From positions 64,001-128,000 of the IMG/VR virus record IMGVR_UViG_3300042484_002041: DNA of 64,000 nt, one strand, 5' to 3'. The DNA comes from a virus. The notes under the pieces are model-generated. The model was not told the origin of the DNA, did not search any database, and saw only the letters and a program-made list of their open reading frames with translations. The position numbers were made by a program, and so were the translations under genes. Every line of letters begins with the position of its first letter. Positions within the stretch are counted from its first letter, which is position 1. Below, piece after piece: positions 46,182 through 55,121 of this stretch.

Positions 46182-46902
46182 GGCGTTCTACTATCCCTAG
46201 AATTCTTTTAGCTAGCAACTGAAAACAATGCCTGGCTGGATGACAGTTGTCAGGAAAGTTTGCGCTGCGTTTGGCAAAGTCTTCGATTCGTATCTGTTGA
46301 TCCAGTTGGTCCAAGTGATCAATAATGTATTGTCTTTGACTCAGTTGGTAGTGATCTAAGATACGCTGTATTTTTTCAAAAGAAAAAAATGTATTAATTG
46401 GAGTGTTAATTCCTCCCAGTAGCTCACTGAGCCAATTTGGGATTACATGCCTGGCAAAGGAAAAATTTACAATACTGGATCCAACTGGACTTTGCCCGCC
46501 AACTACAACAAACGGAATGTTGTATTCTTCACTAATCATCTGTGCGTATTTGTAGTTTTGATGATTAATATATGCTAAACTAGAATCAAACTTAGTTATA
46601 TCAAACTCAGGAAACTGTATGGCTGCTTCCTCAGGATCATCGATGATGATTTCTTGAATGTCTCTAAAGGATTCTGTATGGAACCAGACAGCATAATCGT
46701 ACTGATGATCTTGTTTTAGTGTCCAATACGCATGTCTTAATTGCCCAAAGTTTCCGGCGCTGCCAGCTGATATGTTGGTGACACTGTGCCCAAACTCTCT
46801 GAGATAATGATCTAGGCCTGTGCCGGGAACAGGCTCAAAGAAATGAGTCTTGTTGGTCCATTCTCCCACACCCCAGCTGTCACCTAATATAAAAAATCGC
46901 AT
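46165..46902 (-). CDS. SGNH-family protein
   Basis: LGDSWG, AGN, C-terminal DNCHP. Confidence 0.7.
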   Translation of the reverse strand: MRFFILGDSWGVGEWTNKTHFFEPVPGTGLDHYLREFGHSVTNISAGSAGNFGQLRHAYWTLKQDHQYDYAVWFHTESFRDIQEIIIDDPEEAAIQFPEFDITKFDSSLAYINHQNYKYAQMISEEYNIPFVVVGGQSPVGSSIVNFSFARHVIPNWLSELLGGINTPINTFFSFEKIQRILDHYQLSQRQYIIDHLDQLDQQIRIEDFAKRSANFPDNCHPARHCFQLLAKRILGIVERHAQQT

Positions 46903-46904
46903 TA

Positions 46905-47975
46905 CTACCCAAATACATTATTAATTTTATATTGTTGCTCTTGCGCAAATTCCCAAAACCGTTGTTCGTTGTGCTTGAGGTCTGGCAACATATCGGTATA
47001 CATCTGTTTGATTTGCTGTTTGGAAAGCCTGGTTAAAAACTTTATCACAGATACGATTGAATCGTGTATTTGGTGTTCTGGAATATCCTCTAGTTCGATA
47101 CCATCAAACCAGTGCGTAAATGTTCGGAATCCATTGTCTCTTAGATACCGATAAATCTTTGTTTGGCCGTTTAGTATAAAAGGTCTCAATCCTAGTATGG
47201 GCTTCCATGTTTTCTCAGTGACAAACATATTGTCCCAGGGAAAGAATTCAGATTCGCAGACTATATTTAAAAAATGTGTTTGCCAGATATCCAGACGCCC
47301 TAGACTCAGTAAGTCGTACGGGATCCCTCCAAAATTGTTATGCACCAGGAATCTATTATTATAACTGTAGTCCTGGGCATTTTCTTCTACTGTCAAATAC
47401 AAGTCTGTTTTTAGTCCCTGGCTAACATCGTAATCAACATCATTCTTGCCCAGGGTTACAATGCCAAACTGTTCTAGCTTATTAGAGTATATTTTTTCAA
47501 CCAACTCAATTCGGTGCGGCTTTGGTTTTCTATTATAGCAAAGGTAGTAGTTATCTACTTCAGTAAGTAGGATCTGATCCTGGCTGTATCTGATAAAATC
47601 TTCTGCCGTTATAGTCGATGAAAAATTAAATGCAAACTCCGACTGCTCAAAGCCCCCAATATAATAGGCTTGTTTTACTTGTAGATTCTTTTCAATCTCT
47701 GTTATTTGAGCAGGCAGTAGGAATATTGGTTCAGTAGATGCCATCCAAAATAAATTATCAAATTGTACTTTATCTTTGATCAATTTGATAACATTATTGT
47801 ATATACTGTTGTTATTTCCAAACTGTGGCCCGAACCAGGTCAGGTTGATCAGTAGGTTCGATTCGTCTTTGAATCTAGAACTAATTTGATCTTGTATATT
47901 TTTAACTAACATGTGTTCTTGCGGTCCCCATTGCTCTTGTGGAGAAACCGCAGTGCCTATATAAGTTACAGTCAT
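46905..47975 (-). CDS. 'TEK' glycosyltransferase-like protein (GT10-like)
   Basis: IVCES...FVTEKTWKPI...GFRTF. Confidence 0.75.
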   Translation of the reverse strand: MTVTYIGTAVSPQEQWGPQEHMLVKNIQDQISSRFKDESNLLINLTWFGPQFGNNNSIYNNVIKLIKDKVQFDNLFWMASTEPIFLLPAQITEIEKNLQVKQAYYIGGFEQSEFAFNFSSTITAEDFIRYSQDQILLTEVDNYYLCYNRKPKPHRIELVEKIYSNKLEQFGIVTLGKNDVDYDVSQGLKTDLYLTVEENAQDYSYNNRFLVHNNFGGIPYDLLSLGRLDIWQTHFLNIVCESEFFPWDNMFVTEKTWKPILGLRPFILNGQTKIYRYLRDNGFRTFTHWFDGIELEDIPEHQIHDSIVSVIKFLTRLSKQQIKQMYTDMLPDLKHNEQRFWEFAQEQQYKINNVFG

Positions 47976-48763
47976 TGTCGCATGCCTTGAAAAACTGTTG
48001 TTTTAATTTTTTGGTTATCGTTGTCGATTGCTCGGAGCAACTCAAAGTCCAGTTTGTTTTCTTTAAGATAGTTAATTAACACTTTTACATCCTTGGGCAA
48101 ACACATCCCTCCATAACCACGTAGAGTTTCGCTGCAATCCATATAGTTGTCAGACGCAACGTCCCTAAGTAGGTATGCTTCTTTTATTAGATTGTAGTTA
48201 GCATTGGCAGCCTGACATACCTCATACATAACATTTGAAAATGCTACTCTGACAGCATTGAACACATTATTATAATATTTCAATATTTCAGCTTCGGTAG
48301 GGGAGAGTTTTTTGATATTGTCCGGGAGGGTTCCGTGACTTTCTACAACCAACTGATATGCTCGATCGCTTGCTGTTCCAATGGCCAATAACTTGTGGTT
48401 TGTAACGAAGTCTTCAACTGCACATCTTTCACGCAAAAACTCCGGCACAAAACATATATCTAACGTTGTTTGTTTGCTTAACATTTCGGTAGTGCCTGGC
48501 GTCACAGTGCTTTTTATAGCAACTACACCTGTGTATTGATAGTCATTTAATAAATTAACAACATCAATGACATTAGACTGGTCAATTGCTCCATCATTCG
48601 ATAACGATGTTGATACACATATATAAACAATATCTGTATCAAGTACATCATTGATGGTAGTGCGTAATGCTAAATCGTGTATGCTTACTTGATGTTTCTG
48701 TAATAAAAATCCTTGTCTACATGCTTCGCCAACTACACCGACTCCAACGATTCCGACTTTCAC
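47972..48763 (-). CDS. UDP-glucose/GDP-mannose dehydrogenase family protein (short form)
   Basis: GVGVVG, KSTV.PG, PEFLRE, GYGGMCLPKD. Confidence 0.88.
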   Translation of the reverse strand: MKVGIVGVGVVGEACRQGFLLQKHQVSIHDLALRTTINDVLDTDIVYICVSTSLSNDGAIDQSNVIDVVNLLNDYQYTGVVAIKSTVTPGTTEMLSKQTTLDICFVPEFLRERCAVEDFVTNHKLLAIGTASDRAYQLVVESHGTLPDNIKKLSPTEAEILKYYNNVFNAVRVAFSNVMYEVCQAANANYNLIKEAYLLRDVASDNYMDCSETLRGYGGMCLPKDVKVLINYLKENKLDFELLRAIDNDNQKIKTTVFQGMRQ

Positions 48764-49635
48764 GGCAATGACTCCAGGGTTAATTTAATCCCTGTATTTA
48801 AGTTAACATTTTGCGTATACTCTATTTTTGATTTTAACAAGGATATATCTGGACATCGTCTGCTAACAGAACCTAGCGGTGCCGGATGTAACACCAGCCG
48901 GCCACTGACATTAAGATATGTTTTAATTAGATTTGCTACTGCCAGGATTGATATTTCTTCGTCAGAGCCAACATTGATTGGACCATTGATCGGAGCGTCT
49001 AGTAACTTGATAGTTGCATCAATTGCATCAGTAATATAAAAAAACGATCTAGTGTTACTGTGTCCATGTAAATCTGTGTTACCCTGGCGCAATCTATTAG
49101 CAAACTCTGGAATAAAATGATCCACTTGCCCGGGACCATAAATGTTATGATATCTAATTATTGTAAAGGGTTGGCCGAACTGTTGATGGGCAGCAGCACA
49201 CAACAGCTCAGATGCAATTTTAGATCCTCCATAACTCCACCGTGGATTTAATATGTCATTGACTGTCAGTGGCACTTGTTCATCAGTCGGTACCAAATAT
49301 CCAAATGTATCAACACTGCCAGCATAAGATTCACAAGTACCGGTGAAGATAAAATGGTTACACTGATTCAGATACCGGTCCAGTAAGTACTGTGTCGGTA
49401 AAATATTGTTTGTAGCAACGTCCCAGGGGTTGGTATAAAAATACTTTGTACCATTGAACGCTGCGGCGTGAAATACGATATCAACATCGGGTAGATTTTT
49501 AACAGTGGTTTGATCACATAAATCAATGCCAATTTTCTTATCAGCGCAATACACTGTATATCCATTCTTTTCAAGTGCTGTTACCAAATAAGAACCAATA
49601 AATCCGCTGCTGCCCGTGACTAGTATTTTTTTCAC
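48760..49635 (-). CDS. NAD-dependent nucleotide-sugar epimerase/dehydratase
   Basis: TGSSGFIG, YGGSK, RYHNIYGP. Confidence 0.9.
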   Translation of the reverse strand: MKKILVTGSSGFIGSYLVTALEKNGYTVYCADKKIGIDLCDQTTVKNLPDVDIVFHAAAFNGTKYFYTNPWDVATNNILPTQYLLDRYLNQCNHFIFTGTCESYAGSVDTFGYLVPTDEQVPLTVNDILNPRWSYGGSKIASELLCAAAHQQFGQPFTIIRYHNIYGPGQVDHFIPEFANRLRQGNTDLHGHSNTRSFFYITDAIDATIKLLDAPINGPINVGSDEEISILAVANLIKTYLNVSGRLVLHPAPLGSVSRRCPDISLLKSKIEYTQNVNLNTGIKLTLESLP

Positions 49636-51014
49636 TGTTTACTCCAGTACTCACATTCGGCCCACCAGGTGCGCATCTCGGGAAATGTCTTCAAGAAATC
49701 TGTTCCTCTTCTGCGATCGTGCTCACTAAAGAATCGATAAAAGTCTGCACGAGCCTGAGAATGATTTTGCCCTAATCCACTACGCATCCAGGCAAGATCT
49801 CGATCTAGTCGAGCAACTTCGTAGTCCTTGAAACCTTTAAAAGGTAAGCTAGCGTTTTCTTTATTCTCTGACATCCAGGTATGCACTTGATCTAATCTAG
49901 TAACATAGCTTTCGGGCAAGATCTGCAAGCTTTGCCAAGCAGGTTCGCGCAGCACAGGCGTGTCAAACCACACCCGTTGATAAGTTTCAGAATAACGATT
50001 GCGTAATTCTAATATGCCAGCAAACAAGGTTTCTAGACTAGGTATACTCAGGTTGTTCATTGTTATGATGAACGTTAAGCTGTTATAGCTAGGGATTTCT
50101 GTGAGGAATTGATTTACCCTATCCCATAACAGATCAAAGTCTAGTCCGTGTCTGATGTATTCAGCCTGTGCACCCCATGCGTCCAAGCTCACGTACTGCA
50201 TAAAGTGTTCGATACGACCGTCGCACAGTTGCTTAACGGATGACAAGTATTTCTGCCACAGCTTTTCTTCCACACTAAAGTTGCTAGTAACATTCAGGTG
50301 CAGTTTAGGGCTGGGGTTAGCAATCACATAGTCAAACACACGGTATGTGTTCTTGTCCATGAGTGGCTCGCCACCGGTCATTCTAAAGTGTTCCAGCTGC
50401 GGGTATAACTCGGGCCACCAGGCCCAGAACGCATCCACATACGGATTGTCTTCACGGACAGGGATAACACGCCTTGACCCTGTAAAGTGGTCAGGTGCAT
50501 TGTGTGGTGTTTTAGTAGGATAGGCACCGTGCTGGTCAACTTCGGCTTGCCAACTACTACTGAATTGCGGGCTACAGTAGCTGCATTTCAAGTTGCAAGC
50601 ATGATTAAAGTTGACTTCTACATAGCTAGGAATCACATCATCCTCGTTGCCGGTGCTGTTCTTTATCTTATCAAAGTCCAGGGAAGCCCAGGGTTCTCCA
50701 CTACGGTAGTGTCTATCACTGAGCTTGCCTTGATCTTCCATGTTCCAACAGTACTGACATTCAACTGGTTTCTCCCCGCGCAGCATCATCTGTCTCTGTG
50801 TTTTTTTGTGCGTGGTGTTATGCAGTGCAGACGGATTAAGTTTTATTTCAGCTGGGTCAATTTGATGCAACGGAGGGTGGTAACAGCTATTATTCAATCC
50901 AGTGGGCAAGTGTAAACTGACTTGTTTCCATTTAGCTAGACATAGTGCAGGTCCAAGATCCTGTTTCATTTGTTCGGCTGAATTTAAAAATATGCTTTTG
51001 TTTGCTGCGGTCAT
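49632..51014 (-). CDS. Radical SAM protein with N-terminal SPASM/Twitch-like domain
   Basis: CLAKW...SCYHPP...CQYC; CNLKCSYC; GGEP; paralog of 43715-45052. Confidence 0.88.
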   Translation of the reverse strand: MTAANKSIFLNSAEQMKQDLGPALCLAKWKQVSLHLPTGLNNSCYHPPLHQIDPAEIKLNPSALHNTTHKKTQRQMMLRGEKPVECQYCWNMEDQGKLSDRHYRSGEPWASLDFDKIKNSTGNEDDVIPSYVEVNFNHACNLKCSYCSPQFSSSWQAEVDQHGAYPTKTPHNAPDHFTGSRRVIPVREDNPYVDAFWAWWPELYPQLEHFRMTGGEPLMDKNTYRVFDYVIANPSPKLHLNVTSNFSVEEKLWQKYLSSVKQLCDGRIEHFMQYVSLDAWGAQAEYIRHGLDFDLLWDRVNQFLTEIPSYNSLTFIITMNNLSIPSLETLFAGILELRNRYSETYQRVWFDTPVLREPAWQSLQILPESYVTRLDQVHTWMSENKENASLPFKGFKDYEVARLDRDLAWMRSGLGQNHSQARADFYRFFSEHDRRRGTDFLKTFPEMRTWWAECEYWSKQ

Positions 51015-51958
51015 AATTGTGTTATTGTTGTTTGATAAGTGTGTTGTTGGAGCAAATTATAGTTGTGATCCAACGAGTACTGCATATCCCAATACATTGC
51101 TTCTAGCTCAACTGTTGTTTTTTGTGATAGCATATCTATTAGATTGAAAATCTTTTTCAATCTGTCTCCGCTGGAGAATCCATCATACTCTTCGTCCCAA
51201 AAATCATTGAACGTCCTAAATCCCATTTGTCGCAAGTATGCCAGGTAATCTTTAGATCCAAATATAATAAATGGTTTCTTTAATAACATAGGTCTTACTG
51301 TTTTTTCTGTAGGGAAAAAAGTCCGGCCTGCGATATGAGATTCTACTACTATATCTACTAGCGTATGCTTATACATGCTAGTTAATGGATCATCGTAGTG
51401 GTATCCTGCTGTGGCTGTATATCCCGCAGAACTATTTTGTAGCAGTGGTAAACGCGGTATCATCTCGCCGGCTGCCGAGGCTTGCTGTACATCATAGGTT
51501 AACAGCTTGTCTAATTCGAACTGTATTAAATTATTAGGATCAATCGTGGCAGAAAAATGTACTAGCGACTGATCGAAATAGTTTTTCCATACATAGCCAG
51601 CTAATCCTAGTCGCCCGGCCGTAGGTCTATGATAGAAACAAAGAAATCTCTTGCTTAAATCCCATGTGTGCAACTCTGGGTTTATTTCATACGTATTTCG
51701 AATCCAAAAGTTAGGACCATTAAACTGTATATTATATTTCTGATGTTGTTCTAATGGATTCCATGTCTTAATACAAACAGACTCAAACTTAAACGCATCT
51801 AACAGTGTGTATACGCCTAGGTTTTCCAAACAAATTGCCTCGGGATCTAACTCTAACTCAATTGCTTGCCCCTGATGTTTCGTCAGAAACTGAATAAACT
51901 CAGTAAGGTTCCAGAAACGATCACTTGTAGCACTGATTACAAAACTAGGTGTTACCAT
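51011..51958 (-). CDS. 'TEK' glycosyltransferase-like protein (GT10-like)
   Basis: IVVES...FPTEKTVRP...GFRTF..FWDEEYD. Confidence 0.75.
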   Translation of the reverse strand: MVTPSFVISATSDRFWNLTEFIQFLTKHQGQAIELELDPEAICLENLGVYTLLDAFKFESVCIKTWNPLEQHQKYNIQFNGPNFWIRNTYEINPELHTWDLSKRFLCFYHRPTAGRLGLAGYVWKNYFDQSLVHFSATIDPNNLIQFELDKLLTYDVQQASAAGEMIPRLPLLQNSSAGYTATAGYHYDDPLTSMYKHTLVDIVVESHIAGRTFFPTEKTVRPMLLKKPFIIFGSKDYLAYLRQMGFRTFNDFWDEEYDGFSSGDRLKKIFNLIDMLSQKTTVELEAMYWDMQYSLDHNYNLLQQHTYQTTITQL

Positions 51959-52875
51959 CCCTCTTGCTGCCGTATAACATCAATCTCTCGTACCATGACA
52001 CCACGGCTGTGCCAGTTGCTGCGGTAGTGGTGCTTGAAGAATTTACTTTGATCCGCATCAAATAAATTGACCGGGAGTCCCAGTTGTGTATTAAGTGCTA
52101 CAGCAGTGGAGGTGATCATGTGGTAGGCGCTTTGTTCCGAAACTTCATTCCAAATCTGTTCAAGGGCATCAAACGACTGTACTTCAGTATGGTCCCACTC
52201 ACTTAGCATGGTCTTGAATGTACCTAATCTGGCGCCAGCAATGGCCCAGTTGCCGTGTTCAATATCCTGCCCGACGTTTTGCCATACAGTAAGGTTGTCA
52301 AGGTTACGTTGGTGTACACGATCTCTGAACTCGCTTAGTGTGGGCTTGCGTCCTTTGTCCAGGCACATCTTAACACCTTCTCTAAACCCGGCGCGCCAGG
52401 CGTGCTGTGCTGATCCATTAGGGTATGTAGTAGAGAAGCAGTCATGCATGGACCAGTACAAGGGGTCAAAGCAAAACTCCACTTGTGTCTCTGTGCGCCC
52501 ATCTGTAGCCTCATGGGTACGCATGTTTTGCACAAAGGTACGGGTCCAAGAACTCATGCCTCCATTGCCGTACATAAGGCCATTGACGTGATTTCGGGCG
52601 CGCCAACGGAACACTGCGTTTTGGTAATCCTCTGTGGGCAAGTCTAGAGTTTGATTAAAGAACGCAGGATCAGGCATGTTGTCGCCGTCGATCAGGATGA
52701 ATCGTTCGGTATCACTTGCCTCTGCTGCTGCCTTGTGTGCTGCATCACTGCCCTTGACTCCGTCAACGCGGCGTGCCCAGGGTACCATATTCCGAATCTT
52801 GATCCAGAACTCTTCCTTTTGTGGTTCATCATAGCTTAGATAAACTACATCTAACTCTGCTACATCAACTTTCAT
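51952..52875 (-). CDS. GT-A-fold glycosyltransferase-like protein
   Basis: DVVYLSYDEP, RVDGVKG, DxD motif IDGDN, AWRAGFREG. Confidence 0.65.
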   Translation of the reverse strand: MKVDVAELDVVYLSYDEPQKEEFWIKIRNMVPWARRVDGVKGSDAAHKAAAEASDTERFILIDGDNMPDPAFFNQTLDLPTEDYQNAVFRWRARNHVNGLMYGNGGMSSWTRTFVQNMRTHEATDGRTETQVEFCFDPLYWSMHDCFSTTYPNGSAQHAWRAGFREGVKMCLDKGRKPTLSEFRDRVHQRNLDNLTVWQNVGQDIEHGNWAIAGARLGTFKTMLSEWDHTEVQSFDALEQIWNEVSEQSAYHMITSTAVALNTQLGLPVNLFDADQSKFFKHHYRSNWHSRGVMVREIDVIRQQEGW

Positions 52876-53218
52876 ATTTCTTTGTCCATTTGATATGCGG
52901 CGATAGGGCCGATACTACAATGCTAACATCACTAGGCGCACAAGGTGTGCCGTTCTCGGCGCCAGGAGTTAACTTAGCAAGTGCTGCGGTGCGAGCCGCT
53001 ACTGTTACTAACTGTTGATCCACAACCCGCACATGATAAGATTGTGTTGCATAGGTAGCATGATCAATCTCAATATAGTTACCTGGCAAATCCTCCATGC
53101 TGTACACAATTGGCATGCCTGAATCATCATGATACAGTCTATAAAACACCGGAGGCGGTGCAGCACGATCCCAAGCTGCCCAAGCTGCCCAGAAGTTGTC
53201 TGTGGTTTCGTTACTCAT
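52865..53218 (-). CDS. Hypothetical protein
   Basis: Coupled ORF MSNETT... Confidence 0.6.
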   Translation of the reverse strand: MSNETTDNFWAAWAAWDRAAPPPVFYRLYHDDSGMPIVYSMEDLPGNYIEIDHATYATQSYHVRVVDQQLVTVAARTAALAKLTPGAENGTPCAPSDVSIVVSALSPHIKWTKKYES

Positions 53219-53985
53219 AACCAATTCTTAACATGATAGTGAAACATGCCCCATTGCGCAACTGTGTTAATTCGCACGCCAGGGTCGGTGTGTTCCCAGA
53301 CCAGTTCCCGTGTCCAGTTGTCAGTCTGAATAGGATTTATATATCGTTTCATGTGCACAATCTGTGGGCCAACACCAGTAGGTAAAGTTACACGCTCGGG
53401 GCCCATGATTTGTGCAGCCATTGCGTATACAACGTCAGTTGTAGCAGCCTCGTCGGGGAACTTGAGTAAGGTACGATACTGAGCCCAGTTTTCAAATATT
53501 CGACGCACCCACTCAAAAAACTCTTGCGCGGTTGTGCTCAATCGCCAATAGGTTATGGCGTTGTATACATCAGGCAGGTTGTTGTCATCAAACAGCTTGC
53601 GGTAGCGGCGACTCGTAGCAGGCTGATCATAAAAATCTCTTGCGCCTTGACTAACAACAACATCACGATGTTCAAACAGTGTCCACCAATGGTCGATAGG
53701 AGAAGCTGCGATCATGTCAGCTTCCAACTTGATAGTCTGACGGAATGGGCTGGCTCTAAACACTTGCCAGTCGTTGGCAAACCCGCCTAGATTACCAGAC
53801 GGCAGTGTCCTCACAATGTCAAAGTCAGATTCCTCAACTGCTGAATCAGTTAACAAGCACACCCGAGCCTCGGGGTGCAGTTGGTGTATGCTACGGGCCA
53901 AGTGTCTAGCGCAATTTACATAGTCAACTGTGTCTGTATTGACTGCAGGGATTAAGTATCCACGTTCTTCAAGCATGGGCGACAA
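53215..53985 (-). CDS. GT8-like glycosyltransferase
   Basis: SPFRQTIKLEADM; C-terminal FHYH. Confidence 0.6.
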   Translation of the reverse strand: MSPMLEERGYLIPAVNTDTVDYVNCARHLARSIHQLHPEARVCLLTDSAVEESDFDIVRTLPSGNLGGFANDWQVFRASPFRQTIKLEADMIAASPIDHWWTLFEHRDVVVSQGARDFYDQPATSRRYRKLFDDNNLPDVYNAITYWRLSTTAQEFFEWVRRIFENWAQYRTLLKFPDEAATTDVVYAMAAQIMGPERVTLPTGVGPQIVHMKRYINPIQTDNWTRELVWEHTDPGVRINTVAQWGMFHYHVKNWL

Positions 53986-54766
53986 TGTTCATTAGAGTGC
54001 GCTTGCCCATGGCATGGAAGTCTTGGCCATTGAACTCTATCCACTTTCTCTGCGATTGCGCAGTCAGATAGTTGACCCTAAAATGGTCGGTATCAGTCTG
54101 TACTAGTTCATGTTCAGGGGTCAAGCTAGCCAAGGGCCAGGCAATGTTGGGTTGGTGCAGTACATGCCCATTAACTATGTTAAGTGCTATGCTCAGTGCA
54201 TGGTCGTTGCGGTAGGTGCTGCGCGGGTTTCCGTACAGGTTGCAGTAATGTTTCCAATTTTCTCGAACCATTTGCATACTTCCAAAAATTAACTCGGCTG
54301 TGGTGCTGCGTCTAAACATCATGACTGTAGCCCAATACATTGGCATACGATTGCGACCAAAGTAGTTTAGATCATTGAATGTTTGTAATCCTGTAACATC
54401 ATATGCCAGTCGGTGACAGAGAAAATCTTGCTGCGTCTGCAATGTGTTCTCAAGTTGCGTGCTTGCAACTACATAGTCGGCATCTAGGACTAAGGTTTGA
54501 TCCCAGGGTGTTATCTCGTATGCTGTGGTGCGGTTAGAGTTGTGCCATACAACATTGGTACCAAAATCAGTAAAGTGCCGTGTGCTTGATCCTTCTGGCA
54601 CGGCGCGAATTACTTTGTCAAATGCATCTACGCGCTCTGTGCTGTCAGTTACTACTGCAACAGGAATATTCAAGTGACGGCGAATCCGATTGGCAGACCA
54701 AGCAGCCATGGCCAAATAGTCAATTTCTGAATTGTTAAATGCAAAAATTAATGCACCAGTTGTCAT
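53969..54766 (-). CDS. GT8-like glycosyltransferase
   Basis: TPWDQTLVLDADY (DxD), RND, HAMGK. Confidence 0.65.
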   Translation of the reverse strand: MTTGALIFAFNNSEIDYLAMAAWSANRIRRHLNIPVAVVTDSTERVDAFDKVIRAVPEGSSTRHFTDFGTNVVWHNSNRTTAYEITPWDQTLVLDADYVVASTQLENTLQTQQDFLCHRLAYDVTGLQTFNDLNYFGRNRMPMYWATVMMFRRSTTAELIFGSMQMVRENWKHYCNLYGNPRSTYRNDHALSIALNIVNGHVLHQPNIAWPLASLTPEHELVQTDTDHFRVNYLTAQSQRKWIEFNGQDFHAMGKRTLMNIVAHA

Positions 54767-55068
54767 CTCTGTTTGCTAACTTGTTCAAACTCCACTAACC
54801 ATGCGTTCATTTGTTCTTGCCAGCGGCTGTAGGCCAGCAGTTGCAGATCTAAAGTGTTTACTCTTATTGGTGTGTTATACAGATCTAGCAATACTACATC
54901 TTGTTCAGGGCAAGCCTGCAACAATGTTAGCAACTCTGGGCCAGCACGCCACATACCGCCGGCATGAGCAAACAGCATTTTGGCTGTGTACTTTTCGTTA
55001 AGTAACCGACGAGCAGACTCGTGGTCAAATCGTGCCCGTGAATGAGCGATAAGTTGATCTGTATCCAT
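54763..55068 (-). CDS. Hypothetical protein
   Basis: First gene after a minus-strand promoter. Confidence 0.65.
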   Translation of the reverse strand: MDTDQLIAHSRARFDHESARRLLNEKYTAKMLFAHAGGMWRAGPELLTLLQACPEQDVVLLDLYNTPIRVNTLDLQLLAYSRWQEQMNAWLVEFEQVSKQR

Positions 55069-55077
55069 ATAGCAACT

Positions 55078-55106
55078 ATTATACAGAAATGCTAGACAAA
55101 AGTAAA
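55078..55106 (-). promoter_or_regulatory. sigma70-type promoter heading the minus-strand modification operon
   Basis: TTTACT-17-TATAAT on the minus strand. Confidence 0.6.
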
Positions 55107-55121
55107 GTACTAAATTGTCCG

